Positions 57,194 through 64,000 of a DNA stretch of 64,000 nucleotides are shown here, piece after piece. The translations under genes were made by a program, and so were the position numbers. Every line of letters starts with the position of its first letter. The stretch's first letter is position 1. This stretch comes from a virus. The stretch lies in UHGV virus genome UHGV-1351772. One strand, 5' to 3'. The notes beneath the pieces were generated by a model, which saw only the letters and a list, made by a program, of their open reading frames with translations, made no database searches and was not told where the DNA came from.

Positions 57194-59506
57194 TCATTCG
57201 TCGTCAAAAACCTCTTCTTCGTCTTCATCTTCTTCGTCATCCCCTGCCCTCTCCGATTTCTTAACGTATTGTACTTCCGCCAATTCCTTGTACAATTCGT
57301 CTTTCTCCTCGGCCTTGTCGTAGAAATCTGACAACAACCTCATCCTGTTTTTATCCATCATGAACACACCTAAGCATTCGAGAATGTGATAGTACGGTTC
57401 AACCGTAGAGAAAGCAGTACGACGGATATCTGCAATATCGATCAGTTCTTTAGGGATACCATAGTTTTCCACCAAATGTTCTGGCAGAATCAGTGTTTTA
57501 TATTTACGGAAGTTTGTCTCCTCAAACCACGCCGATGCACCGTTCTTGATAATCGGATCTTCGATACTGTCAATCCACTCTTTAATCTTCGTTTTGTTTT
57601 CCAATGTTACCGGAAGCTTCACTGCATCATACGGCGGTTCTTCCAAATAACCAAACTTCGGACCAAAGATAGCATTATACATTCGGTGGTAATGGTAGTT
57701 CTTCTCATCCTTCTCGTTATAAGCGCTACGTTCCTTGATGTTCGTCGTTTTCAAATACCCTGGATTCCCAGAACGAATAGAATCCATAATCGTGTGTTCG
57801 ATTTGGGCAACCTTTTCCAGCAACGGAATGATTTCGATCTGATCGCCACGGGCAACAACTTCACATAACCCTTTGATGGTGTTCTTAAACTCCTTCATGA
57901 TAATCGGAGGAATGTTAGACGTACGTAAAGACACACCTTTTACTTCCAGCTCGGGATCTTTTTTCAGCTGGCCTTCCTGTCCAGTAATCAATGAGAAGTA
58001 ATGTTTTGCTTTAGTGGTTAATGCAAACGAATCAAACTTAAATTCATTCTTCATTGCATACAGGAACAAACGCTCCTTCGCCACACCGATGTTTGCTGAC
58101 ATACTCGCCATCAAGTGCCGTAAGTGCTGTGTCGCAATATAGATCATCGCATTGGAAACACGGGTAGCTACCTCACCGTAATGTTTACCGGTGTACCAGA
58201 TTGCCCACCATTGCGCAGTCATCATTGTAGAGTCAGTATCAGATACTACCCCTACACGACGAACCACATCCGGCATTCGAGCAATATTGATTGGTAAGTT
58301 TTTCGTGGTAAGAATATTGCGAATCAGTAGCGCGTATTTACCGATCGTTTTCTGTAAGAACACTGCGGAACGAATTAATTCTTTATACCCATCCTGCTGT
58401 TCCCACGGCAACGGTTTTTTATTACCATCAAGTTTCTTAACGTCACTGAACGCTTTACCCATCGGTACTACGTCGGTACGGAACTGCGAGATAATAATCT
58501 GCATATCACCATCGATGGTCTTCTCAGCAGCAACCCAGTCCGTATCAGTCCAGCCTTCGGTATCAACACGCACATCTGGGGTAATTAATGCGCCAATAAA
58601 GTCGCGCATGAATTTATCGTTGTATTTAGCCAGGTGGAAAAAATCACCCATGTAAACAAACGCCGCTCGCGTCAACGCTGATACATTACTAACGTAATGC
58701 TCAACGAACTCCATCCCCTCTTCGTTCTTAAAGTAGAAATCGGCAGAATAATGAATAACCTCCATCACCTCTTCTACCGACGGATAATGAAGCTCATACG
58801 TCTCCATACATTTCTTAAAGCTATTCCAATCGGTTAAAGTACCGATAGATAAGAAATGATCGATAATGCGTGACGGGGTTTCGTAATGTCTATTACCTCC
58901 TAATAAACGCTCATTTCCAGCATTGCCGAACGAAGTTGCAGTACGACAAGTGGACGTCAGTGTGGAGTGTGAGGACTGATTAAAAAGGATCGTGAACGGG
59001 GAGGAAAATGCGCCCGACATACCGTTGTTCAGCGTCTTGACCGCATTCTGTTCGTTCTTTTTGTTGATATTTAATACTACATTGCCCGCTGCTGCTGCTG
59101 CAAACATTTCCTTTTTTACCGCATCACGTTTCGCTACGTTAGCTGCTGTGAATTCAGACAACTTAGAACGTTTGACATGTTCGGGCAAATAAAAAGTTAA
59201 CGAAGGTGCGGAGATAATCTGTTTGTCAATGACGGTTTTAAATAACTTATCGACGGTAGTGTATTTTTCCTCACGATCGCCCGTTTTCTGATTACGCACC
59301 CACATCTTACACACGGGTGATTCGGTTGCTAACTCACCGCCAGGTGCAATAAGAGCATCAACTTCCTGACGACAAAACTCTAAAGGGTATTTTTGTGCGG
59401 TCACGTTATGAATGTATAACGCGACTTGTTCGCGGTAGGCATCGTTGACATCGATATCACGATGGTATTCATCTACCGTTAAACGAAAAGGAGAAATGTA
59501 TTCCAC
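57194..59506 (-). CDS. family-B DNA polymerase, C-terminal (polymerase) part, putative
   Basis: Motif C-like VVSDTDS, downstream KxY-like TKAKHYF, possible motif B-like KTLNNGMSGAF; highly acidic C-terminal tail; complements the exonuclease/motif A gene at 28135..29916. Confidence 0.5.
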   Translation of the reverse strand: MEYISPFRLTVDEYHRDIDVNDAYREQVALYIHNVTAQKYPLEFCRQEVDALIAPGGELATESPVCKMWVRNQKTGDREEKYTTVDKLFKTVIDKQIISAPSLTFYLPEHVKRSKLSEFTAANVAKRDAVKKEMFAAAAAGNVVLNINKKNEQNAVKTLNNGMSGAFSSPFTILFNQSSHSTLTSTCRTATSFGNAGNERLLGGNRHYETPSRIIDHFLSIGTLTDWNSFKKCMETYELHYPSVEEVMEVIHYSADFYFKNEEGMEFVEHYVSNVSALTRAAFVYMGDFFHLAKYNDKFMRDFIGALITPDVRVDTEGWTDTDWVAAEKTIDGDMQIIISQFRTDVVPMGKAFSDVKKLDGNKKPLPWEQQDGYKELIRSAVFLQKTIGKYALLIRNILTTKNLPINIARMPDVVRRVGVVSDTDSTMMTAQWWAIWYTGKHYGEVATRVSNAMIYIATQHLRHLMASMSANIGVAKERLFLYAMKNEFKFDSFALTTKAKHYFSLITGQEGQLKKDPELEVKGVSLRTSNIPPIIMKEFKNTIKGLCEVVARGDQIEIIPLLEKVAQIEHTIMDSIRSGNPGYLKTTNIKERSAYNEKDEKNYHYHRMYNAIFGPKFGYLEEPPYDAVKLPVTLENKTKIKEWIDSIEDPIIKNGASAWFEETNFRKYKTLILPEHLVENYGIPKELIDIADIRRTAFSTVEPYYHILECLGVFMMDKNRMRLLSDFYDKAEEKDELYKELAEVQYVKKSERAGDDEEDEDEEEVFDDE

Positions 59507-59580
59507 GGCTGACCTCTAAAAAGGCAGTTTAACTCGGCTATAAGGAGGGTGGGTAACGTGAAAAAAAAAGAAAGAAGTAT

Positions 59581-59604
59581 GTCCTCTCCGAAGAGAGGAC
59601 ATTT
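59581..59604. terminator. bidirectional terminator
   Basis: gtcctctc-cgaa-gagaggac flanked by A-run and T-run. Confidence 0.55.
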
Positions 59605-59608
59605 TCGA

Positions 59609-60028
59609 TTAACCCGCAGCGTTTTCAATGATCTCGATTTCCACATCATTAAACCCGCGTGCTGCCAACGCAGCTTCCAGGTCTTCTTTCTCTTGCTTGT
59701 TATCGAGCTGTACAACAAAACGTGCTGTCAAACTGGTAATTACCCTTACTTCGCGTACCCACGCATCAGCCGCAACGCCTACCTTACCTGTAGAATCGCG
59801 GAACAGCATATAGTTATACGCAGTGAGGTCATTTGAAGGTTGTGCTACTAACGACGAATAAATATTCTTCTGGATAGCAGCCAGATCTTCGCCTGCGGTT
59901 TTTGCAAACTCATAGCCGACTTTAGACGCGAGTACACGCACTCGCGTTTCATTACCTTTTAACGGAGTATCGTAAACAATATTTACGATAGACCCTGGTT
60001 CAATGTTACTAAAATCAAACATTATCAC
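59609..60028 (-). CDS. hypothetical small protein
   Basis: 139-aa ORF; first of a same-strand array of short genes. Confidence 0.45.
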   Translation of the reverse strand: MIMFDFSNIEPGSIVNIVYDTPLKGNETRVRVLASKVGYEFAKTAGEDLAAIQKNIYSSLVAQPSNDLTAYNYMLFRDSTGKVGVAADAWVREVRVITSLTARFVVQLDNKQEKEDLEAALAARGFNDVEIEIIENAAG

Positions 60029-60629
60029 TCCTCAACATTGTGATGTCCAGATGGAACGTAGCGTAAACACCTGAAACGGTACCTAAGTCATCATGTAACG
60101 ATAAGTTTAAACACAGGCTCTCAATACCACATTTGTGTGCGGTACGAAAGAGCTGGATAGCGGGTTCGCAATCATTCTCGTAAATCTGGAGAATATTATC
60201 GCGAAGAATTTCTATCGCGTGTTCACGCAACACGTCCCAAGAAGACCCGCCTTGTATTTTACATAACTCATAGATTTCCAGGAGTGGTCGCATATCCTCA
60301 ATCATGTCTTCCGTATAACTGGTTTCCATCATTGAGTTAAATTCCCACTGCCGGTATTCGTCGTTTAACCGTTTCAGGTAACTGTCTAACTCTTTCAGTT
60401 CCCTTTTATTGCCAGGAAAGTTACACGCTTTCGATAACTCGCTAATCGCGGTATTGATATATCGCGTTGCTTCATCCGTCGTCTCTATCGTTGTAGGAAA
60501 AGACACTCGCATACAGCGAAAGCGCATTAGGGTTCTTACTAACTTATCTTTATAGAAATCGCCATCTGTGGCGTATTCCAGTAACCCTAAGTTCGGACGG
60601 ATGAAATGATCACCCCGTACTTTGTACAT
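60015..60629 (-). CDS. hypothetical protein
   Basis: 204-aa ORF. Confidence 0.45.
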   Translation of the reverse strand: MYKVRGDHFIRPNLGLLEYATDGDFYKDKLVRTLMRFRCMRVSFPTTIETTDEATRYINTAISELSKACNFPGNKRELKELDSYLKRLNDEYRQWEFNSMMETSYTEDMIEDMRPLLEIYELCKIQGGSSWDVLREHAIEILRDNILQIYENDCEPAIQLFRTAHKCGIESLCLNLSLHDDLGTVSGVYATFHLDITMLRSDNV

Positions 60630-61097
60630 TCAAACCTCTATGCAAATAAAACCACTCCCAATCTCATTCATAAACAAAGATACTTTGGTTTTCTTCGATC
60701 CTTCTTCCGGCGTTAACCCAGACTGTTGCCAGAGCGTTTCGACCAGATTACGGATACGAAAATAGTCCACATCCTTTTCTATTTCAAACTGCAACAAAGA
60801 ATGGGAGAATATACGCACTTCATCGACTGAGAACAGTTGTGCTAGTTGTGTGAAAATAAATTGGTGATTGGGTGGGATGAACGTCAGAAACGTTTCACCC
60901 TCACCCAAACGACGCACCACCGAACGTACAGATTCCTCTGCATACTTCGCCAGGAACCAGTACGCCATATACGGTGCTACCGAACCAATATCCGCATTCT
61001 CAACCCGCGAATGTAGGCGTTCCGGGAGATACACTTCCGAAATTTCCATAAACAGTTTCATAGCAGACCAACACCAGATCGCTGAATGTTTCCCCAA
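60630..61097 (-). CDS. hypothetical protein
   Basis: 155-aa ORF. Confidence 0.45.
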   Translation of the reverse strand: MGKHSAIWCWSAMKLFMEISEVYLPERLHSRVENADIGSVAPYMAYWFLAKYAEESVRSVVRRLGEGETFLTFIPPNHQFIFTQLAQLFSVDEVRIFSHSLLQFEIEKDVDYFRIRNLVETLWQQSGLTPEEGSKKTKVSLFMNEIGSGFICIEV

Positions 61098-61506
61098 TCC
61101 AACGTGTCAATGAACCAGGAAACATCGAATTAATTAACGCAGCCAATCCTGTCTGCGACAGAAGTTCACGCTGTAGAATATCCGCCGCGTGACAAATTGC
61201 CGCCAGATGACTGTCTTCATCACCTATCGTAGAAAGGAAGGTGATACTTTCTACAGTTTCGCCTGGAATAGCATTTTCGTCGTATGCAGTGACAGTAAGC
61301 AGTTCTTTTAACAACTCAGGATTATGGGACTTCGCCGCGATAATGTATGCGGTACCGAAGTCTTCATAGAGTCGCCGAATATCGTGCTCGAAAACGTCTA
61401 AACGATTCGTTTCTAAAACGTCCACCAACACGTCACGTACTGCTTCGTAAAAACGGGTTCTACCGTAACTTTGTACCTCTTGCGCGACGTAATAAACATA
61501 CTGCAT
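61000..61506 (-). CDS. hypothetical protein
   Basis: 168-aa ORF; overlaps next gene start by 98 nt. Confidence 0.4.
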   Translation of the reverse strand: MQYVYYVAQEVQSYGRTRFYEAVRDVLVDVLETNRLDVFEHDIRRLYEDFGTAYIIAAKSHNPELLKELLTVTAYDENAIPGETVESITFLSTIGDEDSHLAAICHAADILQRELLSQTGLAALINSMFPGSLTRWIGETFSDLVLVCYETVYGNFGSVSPGTPTFAG

Positions 61507-62015
61507 TATAAAACCTTCCCAGCCAGATTACCCAGCAACATTTCTGTAAGCGTTTGTATTTTTGGGGTGATTTGTTGTAACAAAGCGGGTTCCTCGTATT
61601 CAGGATACTTCACCTCCTCGTACCTTACAAGGAACTCTACCGCGCCAGGCTTTTGTGCACAATAACGTGCACCTATCCACTGGCCGTATCGTGTAAACCA
61701 GTACGGCTCTGTCGACACCGCTGTCACAAAAGCCTTCGCCACTTCCTGCGTCGCCTTTACATACTCCAACGCACGCTCACCCTCCAACAAGACGCCATGG
61801 CTGTTAAGTTCCCGTCCAATAAAATCAAACGTTTCTTGTAACGCGTAACGATCTAACCGCGGGAAGTACCCCGTTAACGCGTACTCCCAGACATAATTCA
61901 GTACCGTATTTAAATCGGTACAGACTTCGCGCAATATCGCATTCGGATCAAACTCCGTCAGCGGTCCGCAAATAAATTGATAGTCAGGTATGATAAAATA
62001 ACTCTCACGCACCAT
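61506..62015 (-). CDS. hypothetical protein
   Basis: 169-aa ORF. Confidence 0.45.
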   Translation of the reverse strand: MVRESYFIIPDYQFICGPLTEFDPNAILREVCTDLNTVLNYVWEYALTGYFPRLDRYALQETFDFIGRELNSHGVLLEGERALEYVKATQEVAKAFVTAVSTEPYWFTRYGQWIGARYCAQKPGAVEFLVRYEEVKYPEYEEPALLQQITPKIQTLTEMLLGNLAGKVL

Positions 62016-62412
62016 ACGCTACCCCTCCTGTTGTAAACATTCGCCAAACGCCAGAACCTGTGTGGAACAGAAGAAAACCTTCATTCGGTAAAACGACCAC
62101 TTCTTCTTCAAGTCGCGCCCATAACGACACTGAATTCAGAAGCTCAACTTCAATAACATGATTAATACAGTAACTGTTCGGACTCTCCGATTCTACAATC
62201 GGATACCGCCGAATAATGTCCGCAAACAGCTCACGTACTGTAAGTTCGTCGATGCAATACTTTCGACGTAACACCTCCAGCCTAACGAGCTGTTCTACGT
62301 AATAATCTACTGTATCCGAAACATCCAGGTATTGAAGATACGCGGCGCGTTTTATTACCTTCAGAATTTCTGCAGTTGTCCACGGAAACTCAATAAAGAT
62401 CGTCATAAACAT
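62005..62412 (-). CDS. hypothetical protein
   Basis: 135-aa ORF. Confidence 0.45.
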   Translation of the reverse strand: MFMTIFIEFPWTTAEILKVIKRAAYLQYLDVSDTVDYYVEQLVRLEVLRRKYCIDELTVRELFADIIRRYPIVESESPNSYCINHVIEVELLNSVSLWARLEEEVVVLPNEGFLLFHTGSGVWRMFTTGGVAYGA

Positions 62413-62821
62413 CCGTTACCTTCTTTGGAATAAAACGAAGAAAATGTCCGTCTATCCGATAATAAAAACGCCACCCTTTGGGAGGAATGCCCATTTCCTC
62501 ACATAGAGCACCACGGACGTAAGATGTTATCAGACGAACATCTTCCTCTGTAGACCGAGGTCGATAAGACCGTACTATCGTTGCAGCACAGTTAGCATCC
62601 CACATTCCCGATTCCGTAAAATTAGGAATGAGATACTCCAGTAGGGACAGTATGACATATTTTAACTGTTCAGCATCTGTCCCTGAATACGATGACAACC
62701 TTTCGTCCGCGAGTATACGCTGGTACGCCTTATACGTCACGTGATCGAGTAAGGTAATCCGGATCGTATCTTTTATCCGGGAAACAGTTCCGGTAGTGGA
62801 TAAATCGGATATCTTCTCCAA
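62390..62821 (-). CDS. hypothetical protein
   Basis: 143-aa ORF. Confidence 0.45.
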   Translation of the reverse strand: MEKISDLSTTGTVSRIKDTIRITLLDHVTYKAYQRILADERLSSYSGTDAEQLKYVILSLLEYLIPNFTESGMWDANCAATIVRSYRPRSTEEDVRLITSYVRGALCEEMGIPPKGWRFYYRIDGHFLRFIPKKVTDVYDDLY

Positions 62822-63356
62822 GACGAAGCTCCATCATCGCAATTTGACCTCTCGGTGTAAGGTGTGGTTCAATCTCAACCGTTAAATAAGGATTGAAAAC
62901 TTCCCCGACAGCCTCAAACCCTTCCCTAACTAAAGATTCGACCTCACACAACAAACCGTCGTAACAGTCATCAAACGCCAACCCCAGGAGATATGTCTTC
63001 GAACGTAGGACACAAACCTCACGTTCCTGTTCTGTTGCAACTTCACCAAACGCTGAACGATGGACAAGAACCTGACGACACTTCATGGTTTTAGGTGGTT
63101 TTACACGACCATCTGCAACCAGTAAATTCGTTAGGGTGTAAGCATCCGTGAACTGGTCTAAAAAATCCGGCAGCCGACTATTCGGCATTCTGGGAATTGA
63201 GTGAAAAATATCCTCTAATGCTGTGTGTATCAGTTGTACAGTAACGGCCTGTTTTTCTTTTACTGTCATCCGCAAAGCGGAAGCGTAGGATGTTTTTTCC
63301 ATCGCTGCCCAGAAGTTATGATAAACTGTAGCTGGATTGAAGTGTATTTTGACCAC
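62730..63356 (-). CDS. hypothetical protein (start possibly internal)
   Basis: 208-aa ORF; overlaps next gene start by 92 nt. Confidence 0.4.
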   Translation of the reverse strand: MVKIHFNPATVYHNFWAAMEKTSYASALRMTVKEKQAVTVQLIHTALEDIFHSIPRMPNSRLPDFLDQFTDAYTLTNLLVADGRVKPPKTMKCRQVLVHRSAFGEVATEQEREVCVLRSKTYLLGLAFDDCYDGLLCEVESLVREGFEAVGEVFNPYLTVEIEPHLTPRGQIAMMELRLGEDIRFIHYRNCFPDKRYDPDYLTRSRDV

Positions 63357-63589
63357 GTTTGCACAACTCCATTTTTATAAGAGAAAGGACTACTGTGGTC
63401 ACGACCCAACGCACTGATCATAAACCACGCATCCGAACCAAAATATCTTTCTGCCACCTTCAACCGATCTCCAGGTAAATTGTGAACACCCGGAAAAATC
63501 AGTTCTTGTATCGCTTCTAAAATCTCCTCAGGACGATAGCGAACTGAATGGCTAGAGTCTAGCAGAAAACCAAATAGCACGCGCGTCAT
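63266..63589 (-). CDS. hypothetical protein
   Basis: 107-aa ORF. Confidence 0.4.
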   Translation of the reverse strand: MTRVLFGFLLDSSHSVRYRPEEILEAIQELIFPGVHNLPGDRLKVAERYFGSDAWFMISALGRDHSSPFSYKNGVVQTWSKYTSIQLQFIITSGQRWKKHPTLPLCG

Positions 63590-63622
63590 TAACGTTAATA
63601 CTCCTTTAAGGGAACATCATTA

Positions 63623-63637
63623 AGATAATATCTATAC
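63623..63637. promoter_or_regulatory. palindromic promoter-like motif AGATAATATCTATAC with downstream AAATATT
   Basis: Consensus copy in divergent region upstream of ATG 63756. Confidence 0.5.
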
Positions 63638-63755
63638 AAAAAATATTCGAGTATAGTGCGCACAGGAAGGGCACAGAGTGTATTTTTTAGTAAGGCAGGG
63701 TTGGACTATTACCCGATCCTATGAACCGTTTTACAGAGCCTATTAGGAGCACGCA

Positions 63756-64000
63756 ATGAGCGTCATCGACTACTGTCTACGGAGAATACGTCGCGAAATT
63801 CCCGAACCGATTCTTCGTGCGGCTTTTGTACCTCAAAATCTTCGCAACTTTGGTGTTGCCAGTTCGCTGGACAATGAAATCACTCAAAAGGTTTTTCGAG
63901 AATACTTAATTCCTGAAGTCTCTCGTTTAGGTCAGTACACAGAGATCGATTTACAGGGTCTCCCTTTTGAAAATGACACACAGGATTACTATTCACGCAT
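63756..64000 (+). CDS. hypothetical protein, partial (runs off window end)
   Basis: ATG at 63756 with AGGAG RBS about 7 nt upstream; open to end of window (MSVIDYCLRRIRREIPEPILRAAF...). Confidence 0.5.
   Translation, partial: MSVIDYCLRRIRREIPEPILRAAFVPQNLRNFGVASSLDNEITQKVFREYLIPEVSRLGQYTEIDLQGLPFENDTQDYYSR

Noticed and set aside
57049-57240. 63-aa minus-strand ORF overlapping the 3-prime end of the DNA polymerase gene
   Set aside because: Overlaps a confident gene and spans a terminator hairpin; likely spurious
1-64000. PhuZ-like tubulin, integrase, transposase or IS elements
   Set aside because: No tubulin GGGTGSG signature in any ORF; no tyrosine or serine recombinase or transposase motifs; no terminal inverted repeats flanking any gene

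Overview
This window reads as a segment of a large (jumbo) tailed-phage genome of the phiKZ-like / nucleus-forming (chimallivirus-like) type; that assignment is inference from gene content, not a database match. It is gene-dense, mostly minus-strand, and has hairpin terminators (often UUCG-type loops flanked by A/T runs) at most operon junctions. Confidently recognised by motif: a C-terminal piece of RNA polymerase beta (39845..42082), a C-terminal piece of beta-prime (37746..39845), an N-terminal beta-prime piece carrying the DFDGD active site (51802..53759), a family-B DNA polymerase split into two distant genes (28135..29916 and 57194..59506), an SF2 helicase, an Mre11/SbcD-like phosphoesterase and dihydrofolate reductase. 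The most notable finding is that the beta-prime N-terminal gene is interrupted by an ORF-less ~355 nt group I intron (about 52088..52446) with P, Q, R and S core elements in order. Other observations: three tandem small paralogous genes, two of them followed by copies of a multi-hairpin RNA module showing compensatory stem changes; a recurring palindromic intergenic motif AGATA-N-TATCT with a downstream AT-rich box, probably a phage promoter; FG(G)-repeat tails on neighbouring proteins; a highly expressed 615-aa protein that may be the nuclear-shell protein (chimallin); and two tandem acidic paralogs. Most other ORFs are hypothetical. No CRISPR array, tRNA, integrase or transposase was seen.
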